Source of the DNA: Chitinophagaceae bacterium
GTDB taxonomy: Bacteria; Bacteroidota; Bacteroidia; Chitinophagales; Chitinophagaceae
DNA: 64,000 nt
Direction of reading: 5' to 3'
NCBI GenBank assembly: GCA_016720585.1
Contig: JADKKH010000006.1
Span: 197,379 to 261,378, forward strand
Below the pieces are notes generated by a model, which did not search any database, was not told the DNA's origin, and saw only the letters and a program-made list of their open reading frames with translations. Of the stretch, positions 1-7,822 are shown in pieces; position 1 is the stretch's first letter, and each line of letters begins with the position of its first letter. A program made the translations under genes and the position numbers.

Positions 1-2
1 AC

Positions 3-443
3 CGGAATTATGCGCTCACCTTAAACCCTTATGCCACCGAACCGGCATTCAAGGCATTTGATGTGGATAACGGCGTTAAATTCGCTAATTATCTTTCCAT
101 CATCCGGGAAAAAGTTTTTGTGGGAATGGAACAGGCTTTATTTAGTGGAACGGCTGCCCGGTTAGGGGCTCTGTTGAAAAATGCTTCGCCGTATTATTAT
201 TATGCCAAGACCGGAACAACGGGGGATGATGAATCAAAAACAAAATCAAAATTATTTGCTATCATTATTTCGCAGAAAAATGTGACAGACCCGGATTTTA
301 ATTTCCGGAAAAACAAGTTTTTTACGATCTATTTTACTTCTCAGAACGGGCCTGCCAAACAAAATGAAGAATTCCAGGCAGCTATAATTAAGTATGTGGA
401 GCAATCACCGGTATTCAAAAAATATATGGCAGGAATTAACTAA
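3..443 (+). CDS. Penicillin-binding / serine beta-lactamase-fold protein, C-terminal fragment (5' end outside window)
   Basis: Frame 3 is open from the window edge to TAA 441-443. It contains a KTG triad (YYAKTGTTGDD) typical of the PBP/beta-lactamase transpeptidase fold. Confidence 0.5.
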   Translation, partial: RNYALTLNPYATEPAFKAFDVDNGVKFANYLSIIREKVFVGMEQALFSGTAARLGALLKNASPYYYYAKTGTTGDDESKTKSKLFAIIISQKNVTDPDFNFRKNKFFTIYFTSQNGPAKQNEEFQAAIIKYVEQSPVFKKYMAGIN

Positions 444-805
444 TAATTTTCTTCCATCATTTCTGAAAGTACTATTTCAACCGGTATCATTTCTTTGTTC
501 ATTAAAACATAATGGGGCGAATTTTTGCTGATCTCTTGCAATAATTCATTTTCTATTTGGGCAAGGTCTTTAAGAAAATTATTGACCGGAAGAGCCATCT
601 TATGCAGGCTTAGGCCTGTTTCATGATAAAAAACGGAGAATTCTTCTTTGATATACGATGCGCCATCCTGGATAAGCGTTACACCAAGCGCGGCTTGTTT
701 CTTCGCCCCGTAATAGGACTGTTTCAGGAAAGTATTAATAGTGATCTTATTGTTGGTCAGTATATCAGGCTTTACAAAGCTGGTTTGATCGGGCATAACA
801 TTCAT
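440..805 (-). CDS. hypothetical protein
   Basis: 121-aa ORF with no recognisable motif. It overlaps the upstream gene convergently by 4 nt at the stop codons. Confidence 0.4.
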   Translation of the reverse strand: MNVMPDQTSFVKPDILTNNKITINTFLKQSYYGAKKQAALGVTLIQDGASYIKEEFSVFYHETGLSLHKMALPVNNFLKDLAQIENELLQEISKNSPHYVLMNKEMIPVEIVLSEMMEENY

Positions 806-965
806 TTTGATGAAATGTATACATATCCGTGCCAGTTTTTTCCAGAACGGATGGGAATTTGATAATCCATTTCATCACGCCGTAAATGTGGAGAAATTGT
901 ATCCGAAAAAAGAAAAATGAAAAATTGTCTTAGTATTATCAGATAAGACAGCCGGGATAACTATT

Positions 966-1430
966 TTATTTTCCCCAATCCCACAGACCCCATTTTACCG
1001 TATCGGGAATTTTCTCCCCACTTTGTTTTAATGTCAGCAGCATATTGCCCCGGTGATGTGATTCATGAGAAATAAAATATCCCAGCAACGGGATCACGCC
1101 TTTCCGGAAACCTTTTACTGTGCCACCATTATCCCAGCTCCGGCTCAGTAATTCTTCAATGCCTTTGGCCGAATCATCAAAAGCTTTTCGTAAAGCTTTC
1201 CGGTTGAAGGCAGCTTTTTTATCCAGAGGCATATATTTTTTAAAAATATCAATAGCACAGATCTCAAGCCATTGCATCCGAACCGAATGTATATGCACCC
1301 ATTGCTCATAAATAGTCCTGCCACTCCGGGTGCTTAATGATTTCTGCATACCTGCATCCGTTGTATTATCTATGAGCAGGTAGTTCATTTTGTTATGTGT
1401 ATGCCAGGTGCCGAGCAGTTGATCTTTCAT
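966..1430 (-). CDS. DinB family protein
   Basis: 154-aa ORF. The C-terminal HESHHRG plus upstream His residues fit the DinB/YfiT-like metal-binding helical bundle family. Confidence 0.7.
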   Translation of the reverse strand: MKDQLLGTWHTHNKMNYLLIDNTTDAGMQKSLSTRSGRTIYEQWVHIHSVRMQWLEICAIDIFKKYMPLDKKAAFNRKALRKAFDDSAKGIEELLSRSWDNGGTVKGFRKGVIPLLGYFISHESHHRGNMLLTLKQSGEKIPDTVKWGLWDWGK

Positions 1431-1452
1431 ACCTTCTTTTACCCTGTAAAAT

Positions 1453-1489
1453 AAAAAAACTTCCCGGTTGTTACCGGGAAGTTTTTTTT
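1453..1489 (-). terminator. Rho-independent terminator (bidirectional geometry) downstream of the DUF1573 gene
   Basis: Perfect 9-bp stem cttcccggt (1460-1468) / accgggaag (1473-1481) with a 4-nt loop, an A-run on one side and a T-run on the other. Confidence 0.8.
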
Positions 1490-1507
1490 ATTCAATTAAA
1501 AAGCAGG

Positions 1508-2047
1508 TTATTGATTCTTGCTCAATTTGGGTTGACTGGAATTGGTTGAAATTGATGGGCTCGAAGGTGATGTAGTTGGAACCCTGGTATTGTTAGCAGC
1601 GGGCATCTCAGTACCTGGTTTTTTATCTTTCATATAGGCATCATATGCTTCAGCCGTAAGAACTTCACCGCTTATCTGCACCGTCTTAGGTTGATCAATG
1701 CCGGCAAGTTTGATGAATACATCTTTTGAGAAAGGGGCTGCTGCGGCAGCATTATACTGCACTTTTAAAGAAACTGTTTTGCCCGGTAAAATCGGGTCAA
1801 CAATTTTTTCCGGTGTAGTACAACCACAACTGGCCCAGGTGTTTTCTACAACCAGGGGCTTTTCACTTACGTTTTTGATTTCAAAGGAATACGTAACCGG
1901 GGTGCCCTGGAGTATTTTTCCAAAGTCATGTTTTTCAACATTCACTTTAATCAGGTCTTCCGCTTTTGGCTGTGCCGCTGGAGTTGTTTGGGCAAATGTT
2001 GCCAGGCTGAATACGAATGCAGTTGCTGCTAAGAAAATCTTCTTCAT
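1508..2047 (-). CDS. DUF1573 domain-containing exported protein
   Basis: Signal peptide MKKIFLAATAFVFSLATFAQ, the hallmark ASCGCTTPE motif, and a Pro/Ser/Thr-rich tail. Confidence 0.85.
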   Translation of the reverse strand: MKKIFLAATAFVFSLATFAQTTPAAQPKAEDLIKVNVEKHDFGKILQGTPVTYSFEIKNVSEKPLVVENTWASCGCTTPEKIVDPILPGKTVSLKVQYNAAAAAPFSKDVFIKLAGIDQPKTVQISGEVLTAEAYDAYMKDKKPGTEMPAANNTRVPTTSPSSPSISTNSSQPKLSKNQ

Positions 2048-2057
2048 GGTTTAAAAT

Positions 2058-2498
2058 TTAAAAGGATTGTTTTTTTAAAAAATCAACAGAGGCATTGGCA
2101 GGAGCTGCACCTTCCGGGGCTTTCCAAACCGTGCCTTTGATGGTTATTATTTTTGACTGATTGCTATTATAAGTAACGGTAATTGTTTTCTGAAAATCAC
2201 CTTCTGCAGCCGCATTGTATCCCACTTTAATTTTTGCTGTGGCACCGGGGGCAATCGGGTCGTGGCTCCATTCAGGTGTGGTGCATCCGCAACTGGCCTG
2301 TACATTATCTAATTTCAGTTCAGTCTTACCGGAATTGGTTATTTCAAAATTGTAATAAACCGGCTTGCCCTGGGGGATTTTGGCAAAATCATGCTCCGTT
2401 TCTTTCAATAGCAATAAATCTTCTTTTGGGGCAATAACCTGTGCATTACCAGAAAGAAAACCTGATATTAAAACAATAAGGGCAAAAATTTTGCTCAT
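2058..2498 (-). CDS. DUF1573 domain-containing exported protein (tandem paralog)
   Basis: Same ASCGCTTPEW motif. I chose the start at MSKIFALIVLISGF (cat at 2496-2498) because it gives a signal peptide. The longer ORF to 2654 adds a non-signal extension that overlaps the divergent gene. Confidence 0.8.
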   Translation of the reverse strand: MSKIFALIVLISGFLSGNAQVIAPKEDLLLLKETEHDFAKIPQGKPVYYNFEITNSGKTELKLDNVQASCGCTTPEWSHDPIAPGATAKIKVGYNAAAEGDFQKTITVTYNSNQSKIITIKGTVWKAPEGAAPANASVDFLKKQSF

Positions 2499-2644
2499 AC
2501 TTTTCCAATTAAAGACCTCAAATTTAGATAAAAGATGGCATATTACATAGACGGGTTGCATCCGGATATTATTATTTTTTATCCTCAGAAACCCGGCTTT
2601 CATATATAGGCTGCAGGTGAATTCATTCTTCCTATTTTTGCCTG

Positions 2645-5035
2645 ATGGAACCAACCCGGGAAATATTGGCTGATGAAGAAAAGCTTTCTTTTGAGAAATT
2701 CAGGGGGGCTGTTTTAAATGACTTCCAAACAGCTTGTATAAGCCGGGAAGCCAGTCTTTTAGGCCGGAAAGAAGTGCTGGGCGGGAAAGCTAAATTTGGA
2801 ATTTTTGGGGATGGTAAGGAAATAGCCCAGGTAGCCATGGCCAAGTTTTTTCAGCCAGGGGATTTTCGGAGTGGCTATTACCGTGACCAAACCTTTATGT
2901 TTGCCGCGGGTCTTGCTAATGTTGAGCAGTTTTTTTCTCAATTATATGCCGACCCGGATATTAACCACGATCCTTTCAGCGCCGGCCGGCAGATGAACAG
3001 TCATTTTGCTTCGCGGATGGTGGATGAAAACGGGGAATGGCTAAACCTGGTTGACTTTAAAAATGTATCCAGCGATATTGCCCCTACTGCTGGTCAAATG
3101 CCCAGGGCCCTGGGGTTGGCTTTTGCCTCAAAATCATTTCGCGAAATTGATGTTTTAAAGGACTACAAAAATTTGTCCCGGGGTGGAAATGAAGTTTGCT
3201 TTGTAACCATCGGGGATGCTTCCACCAGCGAGGGTCATTTCTGGGAAACAATGAATGCTGCGGGTGTGTTGCAGGTGCCCCTGGCTGTTTTTGTCTGGGA
3301 TAACGGGTATGGGATCTCGGTTCCAATAAAATACCAGACAACAAAAGGTTCCATTTCTGAGGCCCTGAGTGGTATGCAAAAAAAAGAAGGTGAAAATGGT
3401 TTTAATATATATAAAGTAAAAGGATGGGATTATGCCGGTATGTGTGAAGTGTTTGAAGAAGGGATACGACAGGCCAGAGAAACACATATCCCTGTATTAT
3501 TTCATGTTGAGGAAATTACCCAACCCCAGGGACATTCTACTTCAGGTAGTCATGAGCGCTATAAATCCCAGGAACGTTTAATATGGGAAAAAGAATGGGA
3601 TGGCATTAAGAAAATGAAAGAGTGGATCATTGAAAATGCACTCGCGGAAGAAAAGGAGCTGGATGAAATATCTGAAAAAGCAAAAGAATCTGTCCGAGAG
3701 AGCAAAACAGCAGCCTGGGAAAAATATCTTTTACCCATAAAACAGCAGGTGGTCAGGGCCACGGATCTGATCAGTGCTATGTTGAATTCACTGCCACAAC
3801 AGGCGGAAGTCCTGCAGAGAATGGTTCATGAATTAACTGCTAACCGGGAACCCCTGCGCCGGGATGTAATGAAAACCCTGCATGCGGCGCTGGCTATTGC
3901 CGGTGATGCAGAGGCGGCCTATTGGACAAAAGATTATTATAATGACCTGCTGGCAGAGAATAAAAAACTATTTAATACTTTTTTATATAATGAAGGGCCG
4001 AAAAGTGCCTTGAAAGTAGAAGAAGTAAAAATCCTTTTTGCTGAGGATGCGCCGTTGCTGAATGGTTTCGATGTTCTGAATAAATTCTTTGATGAACTCT
4101 TTACGACCAATTCTAAAGTCGTTGCTTTTGGGGAAGACCTGGGTTTTATCGGGGATGTAAATCAGGGGTTCAGCGGTTTGCAGCAGAAACACGGTAAACA
4201 ACGGATATTCGATACCGGAATCCGGGAGTTATCAATCATTGGACAGGGCATTGGCCTGGCCCTTCGTGGGTTAAGACCCATTGCAGAAATACAATACCTG
4301 GATTATCTGTTATATGGATTACAACCTCTGAGCGATGATGTGGCCACCCTTCATTACAGATCAGCAGGTCAGCAAAGTTGTCCTTTGATCGTACGAACCA
4401 GGGGCCATCGCCTGGAAGGAATCTGGCATAGCGGTTCACCGATGGGAATGATCATCAATGCACTTCGGGGTATGTATGTATGTGTACCAAGAAATATGAC
4501 CCAGGCAGTCGGTATGTATAATACCTTATTAAGGAGTAATGATCCGGGGCTGGTCATAGAGTGTTTAAATGGTTACCGCTTAAAGGAAAAGTTGCCTTCC
4601 AATCTTTTGGAGTTCACGATTCCATTAGGCGTGCCGGAAATAATTAAAGAAGGAACGGATATTACCATTGTTTCTTATGGTTCCACTTTACGCATTGTAC
4701 AAGATGCGGCGAACAGGCTGGAGGCACAGGGTACCAGTTGTGAAATTGTTGATGTACAAACATTACTGCCTTTTGATCTTCATCATAAAATTCTTGACTC
4801 ACTAAAAAAGACCAGCCGGATCGTTTTTGTAGATGAAGATGTGCCCGGGGGCGCTTCCGCATATATGTTCACAAAAGTAATGGAAGAACAAGGCGGCTAT
4901 AAATACCTGGATGTCGCCCCACGAACTATTACGAGTAAAGCGCATCGTCCTGCTTATGGCAGCGATGGCGATTATTTCTGCAAACCCAATGCGGAAGAGA
5001 TTGAAGCGGTAGTGAAACAAATGATGGCGGAATAA
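2645..5035 (+). CDS. 2-oxo acid (branched-chain type) dehydrogenase E1 component, fused alpha/beta subunits
   Basis: 796-aa ORF. The N-terminal half carries a TPP-binding E1-alpha type motif (IGDASTSEGHFWETMNAAG). The C-terminal half resembles E1-beta/transketolase Pyr and C-terminal domains (IFDTGIRE, VDVQTLLPFD). This fused architecture is common in Bacteroidota. Confidence 0.85.
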   Translation: MEPTREILADEEKLSFEKFRGAVLNDFQTACISREASLLGRKEVLGGKAKFGIFGDGKEIAQVAMAKFFQPGDFRSGYYRDQTFMFAAGLANVEQFFSQLYADPDINHDPFSAGRQMNSHFASRMVDENGEWLNLVDFKNVSSDIAPTAGQMPRALGLAFASKSFREIDVLKDYKNLSRGGNEVCFVTIGDASTSEGHFWETMNAAGVLQVPLAVFVWDNGYGISVPIKYQTTKGSISEALSGMQKKEGENGFNIYKVKGWDYAGMCEVFEEGIRQARETHIPVLFHVEEITQPQGHSTSGSHERYKSQERLIWEKEWDGIKKMKEWIIENALAEEKELDEISEKAKESVRESKTAAWEKYLLPIKQQVVRATDLISAMLNSLPQQAEVLQRMVHELTANREPLRRDVMKTLHAALAIAGDAEAAYWTKDYYNDLLAENKKLFNTFLYNEGPKSALKVEEVKILFAEDAPLLNGFDVLNKFFDELFTTNSKVVAFGEDLGFIGDVNQGFSGLQQKHGKQRIFDTGIRELSIIGQGIGLALRGLRPIAEIQYLDYLLYGLQPLSDDVATLHYRSAGQQSCPLIVRTRGHRLEGIWHSGSPMGMIINALRGMYVCVPRNMTQAVGMYNTLLRSNDPGLVIECLNGYRLKEKLPSNLLEFTIPLGVPEIIKEGTDITIVSYGSTLRIVQDAANRLEAQGTSCEIVDVQTLLPFDLHHKILDSLKKTSRIVFVDEDVPGGASAYMFTKVMEEQGGYKYLDVAPRTITSKAHRPAYGSDGDYFCKPNAEEIEAVVKQMMAE

Positions 5036-5051
5036 TTTGTAAATCTTTTTT

Positions 5052-5348
5052 ATGCTGACTGATAAAGAAAAAAAACAACGGGCCCAGTATGAAAAGGAAC
5101 TCCGCTGGCCTGCCTGGAAATTCATTTTAATTAATGGAGTGTTGATCTGGGGAGTTCCGGTGGCCCTCATGGTTTCATTGATTGATATGTTCCTTTTTGG
5201 AAAATCTTTTCATACGATCCTGAGCCGTGAATTATGGCTCAACCTGGTTGGTTTTTCCATAGGGGGTATTTTCTATGGGTGGTTTATGTTGAGATTTATA
5301 CGAAAACAATATCAAAAACTCAAAGAAAAAGAGTCGCTCCCGGGATAA
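5052..5348 (+). CDS. hypothetical membrane protein
   Basis: 98-aa ORF with two hydrophobic helices (FILINGVLIWGVPVALMVSLI, LNLVGFSIGGIFYGWFML), 16 nt after the E1 stop. Confidence 0.45.
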   Translation: MLTDKEKKQRAQYEKELRWPAWKFILINGVLIWGVPVALMVSLIDMFLFGKSFHTILSRELWLNLVGFSIGGIFYGWFMLRFIRKQYQKLKEKESLPG

Positions 5349-5398
5349 AAAGCTGTATCTTTTGGTATAATCTTATCAGCAAACCTAAAAACAACACC

Positions 5399-5647
5399 AT
5401 GGCTATTGTAAAAGTTATTGAAGTGATCGCCTCATCCGATAAAAGTTTTGATGATGCTGTAAAACAGGCAGTAAAAGAAACCTCTAAAACCATCCGTAAT
5501 ATTGATTCGGTCTGGGTGAAGGATATGAAAGTGCATGTGAAGGACGGCAAGATAAAATCATACGGGGTTATCTGCAAAGTATCTTTCCGGGTAGGTAAGG
5601 ATAAGGAAAAAGGGAAAGAAAAAGGAAAAGAAGAAAACAAGGTCTAA
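5399..5647 (+). CDS. dodecin family protein
   Basis: The start at MAIVKVIEVIASSDKSFDDAVKQAVKETSKTIRNI.. matches the dodecin flavin-storage fold pattern (VxKVIEvxgSS..sfedAv..Av). It has a Lys/Glu-rich tail. The longer ORF from 5234 overlaps the previous gene. Confidence 0.7.
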   Translation: MAIVKVIEVIASSDKSFDDAVKQAVKETSKTIRNIDSVWVKDMKVHVKDGKIKSYGVICKVSFRVGKDKEKGKEKGKEENKV

Positions 5648-5677
5648 GCCATTGAATCGCCTCTCAAATTAATATGG

Positions 5678-5710
5678 ATCCCATCCCGGTAAAACAGGAT
5701 GGGATTATTT
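5678..5710 (+). terminator. Rho-independent terminator after the dodecin gene
   Basis: 9-bp stem atcccatcc (5678-5686) / ggatgggat (5697-5705) followed by a T-rich tail. Confidence 0.65.
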
Positions 5711-5791
5711 AATATGGGTTGAACCGGACATTTGTTTATGCAGGGTATATACCCCGAATTATTTTGTTCTATTTTAAATAAATGATGCGTT

Positions 5792-6583
5792 ATGAAACTA
5801 ACCCTTTACCAGGTGGATGCCTTTGCAGACAAACTATTCGGCGGTAATCCGGCTGCGGTAATTCCTTTAAAGAAATGGATCCCGGATGAACAGATGCAAC
5901 AACTGGCGCTGGAGAATAACCTGTCTGAAACCGTTTTTTTTGTTCCAGCCAAAAAGAAGGGTGTCGATTTCGACATCCGTTGGTTTACCCCTGTGCAGGA
6001 AATAAATCTATGTGGTCATGCTACACTGGCTTCTGCTTTTGTAATTTTTGAAAAATTAAAATTGAAAAAGAAAAAAATAGTGTTTGATTCAAAAAGCGGG
6101 TTACTGACTGTTACAAAAAAAAAGAATGTGCTTATGATGGATTTTCCTTCCTGGCCGCCGGAACGGGTTACGGAATTTCCGGATGAATTGCTGGCTTCTT
6201 TGGGCAATCCGGAAATAGCAGGGGTGTATAAAAACAGGGAGTACCTGGTGGAGTTAATGAATGAGGAAGCGGTTAAAAACTGCAGACCTGATTTCTCAAT
6301 GATGAAAAAACTGGATCGGATGGTAATTATCACGGCTCCCGGTAAAGAAGTTGATTTTGTATCCCGTTTTTTTGGACCCGCAGCCGGGGTGGATGAAGAC
6401 CCGGTAACCGGTTCGGCACATGCACAACTGATCCCGTTCTGGAGTGAAAAACTGGGAAAAAATAACATGCGGGCAAAACAGCTTTCTCAACGGGGTGGTG
6501 AACTTTATTGTGAGCAAAAAGAGAACCGGGTTATTATTGGCGGGAAATGCGTTTTTTATATGAAAGGGATGATAGAGTTATGA
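5792..6583 (+). CDS. PhzF family isomerase
   Basis: 263 aa. N-terminal YQVDAF..FGGNPAAV, plus LCGHATLASA and EDPVTGSAH motifs typical of the PhzF/YddE family. Confidence 0.85.
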   Translation: MKLTLYQVDAFADKLFGGNPAAVIPLKKWIPDEQMQQLALENNLSETVFFVPAKKKGVDFDIRWFTPVQEINLCGHATLASAFVIFEKLKLKKKKIVFDSKSGLLTVTKKKNVLMMDFPSWPPERVTEFPDELLASLGNPEIAGVYKNREYLVELMNEEAVKNCRPDFSMMKKLDRMVIITAPGKEVDFVSRFFGPAAGVDEDPVTGSAHAQLIPFWSEKLGKNNMRAKQLSQRGGELYCEQKENRVIIGGKCVFYMKGMIEL

Positions 6584-6628
6584 GTCGGGAGTCGGGAGTC
6601 AGGAGTCGGGAGTCAGGAGTCAGGAGTC
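6583..6628 (+). repeat. Tandem heptamer array AGTCRGG (6 full copies plus a partial one)
   Basis: Units read directly: agtcggg 6583-6589, agtcggg, agtcagg, agtcggg, agtcagg, agtcagg 6618-6624, then agtct. The first A is the A of the PhzF TGA stop. Confidence 0.9.
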
Positions 6629-6710
6629 TCTGGCCGGGAGCAAAAAGTCGCACCAGGTTGTTCTGGTTCTGTTTTAAAAAATGCGGTAACTTCATTCTAA
6701 AATAATCCTT

Positions 6711-7070
6711 ATGTCAAAATTTCCTTTCGATTTATTACAGGATGAAACCATTATTGATACCTGGACCCTGCTCTATACGCCACCCGGGGGCGGCAAGTAT
6801 AATGGCAAACTAACGATCACCAACAAGCGATTACTGTATGATGCCAAGTATGATGTATCGGCAAAAGGCTTGTTGTCAGAAGCTATGTTTATCAAGTGGG
6901 GCAGCGAAGGATACCTGCAGATCAGCAAAGCGGACATCACTGATGTACAGGTTGAGAAGAGTTTCCTGGCTAAAAAAGCCATACTTACATTAACGGATGG
7001 TTCCAAACATACGTTCAACTACGGGGCGCTGAATATTGATAAAGTTGTGGTGGCGATAAATGCGCGGTGA
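6711..7070 (+). CDS. GRAM/bacterial PH-like domain protein (tentative)
   Basis: 119-aa ORF. The GKLTITNKRLLY segment resembles bacterial PH/GRAM domains. No other motif seen. Confidence 0.45.
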   Translation: MSKFPFDLLQDETIIDTWTLLYTPPGGGKYNGKLTITNKRLLYDAKYDVSAKGLLSEAMFIKWGSEGYLQISKADITDVQVEKSFLAKKAILTLTDGSKHTFNYGALNIDKVVVAINAR

Positions 7071-7104
7071 GTGGGAAGTGGCTAGTAGCTAGTAGGGAGT
7101 GGGA
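7070..7104 (+). repeat. Tandem heptamer array AGTRGNN (5 copies)
   Basis: agtggga 7070-7076, agtggct, agtagct, agtaggg, agtggga 7098-7104. It again begins with the A of the preceding TGA stop. Confidence 0.8.
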
Positions 7105-7229
7105 TGGTTTACTTAATCTCCTGGTGTACTTAATGACTTAAAATGCTTATTAGCGTTTAGTTCCCATTAACCTCACTATAATTATCGGGAGCACACCCCA
7201 CTTGCCAAACCCCACTCTCCCCCGTTTCC

Positions 7230-7658
7230 TTAATCCAGAAATCTTTCTTTCCAGTCAGCGGGTGGGATCATGCATTGGTCTTTTTTCCCAAACCATTTGT
7301 ACCGGTTTCGGGCAATAATGTTGTAGAAAAAATCCCGGACGAATTTAGGGATGATGATCAAACCGTAAAATAATTTCCAGCCGCCATTCAAATGTTTACA
7401 TATCCGGATAGCAGCGGAAGATTGTGTATAGGCCTTGCCGTTATCAATTAAAATAACGGAACTAAGAGAAGTGGGATTGATAGTATATTCCGGCAGTAAA
7501 CGTTTTGCCGTTTCGCCTTGCAGTGGTGTAAAGCGCAGTTTCTTTTTGCGATCTCTTTTTATTGCAAAATTTACCCAGTAGTTGCAGAAATTACAAACGC
7601 CGTCAAAAAGGATAATGGGAGAGGATTTCATGCGTGCAAAGGTAGAGATGAATTTCAA
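7230..7658 (-). CDS. DCC1-like thiol-disulfide oxidoreductase (DUF393 family)
   Basis: ILFDGVCNFCNYWVNF motif near the N-terminus. An alternative start at 7631 (MKSSPIILFDG) is equally plausible. Confidence 0.8.
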   Translation of the reverse strand: MKFISTFARMKSSPIILFDGVCNFCNYWVNFAIKRDRKKKLRFTPLQGETAKRLLPEYTINPTSLSSVILIDNGKAYTQSSAAIRICKHLNGGWKLFYGLIIIPKFVRDFFYNIIARNRYKWFGKKDQCMIPPADWKERFLD

Positions 7659-7822
7659 AAAGAAATTCTATCTTTAAACCGGCCCCCTGTTAATTTAGCT
7701 ATCCTTTATAACTACTAAGCAGATTTCTGATCTGAATCATGCTTAATAATATTGATTTAGCTCTATTTTCCAGGGTTTGCCGAAAACCAGTAACAGAGTA
7801 GGCGGTATTAAAAACAAAAACC

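Noticed and set aside
2499-2654. N-terminal extensions of several ORF-track entries (2058..2654, 5234..5647, 20229..22178, 22837..23715, 34407..35339, 37639..38193, 46185..47414, 53628..54254)
   Set aside because: Internal starts give proper signal or Tat peptides or canonical N-termini, and they remove overlaps with neighbouring genes. The extensions look like read-through of intergenic sequence.
6584-6640. Heptamer array as coding low-complexity sequence (it would translate as SRESGVRSQES-like peptide)
   Set aside because: It lies after the PhzF stop, has no start codon, and a 7-nt period cycles through all three frames. I treat it as a non-coding repeat.
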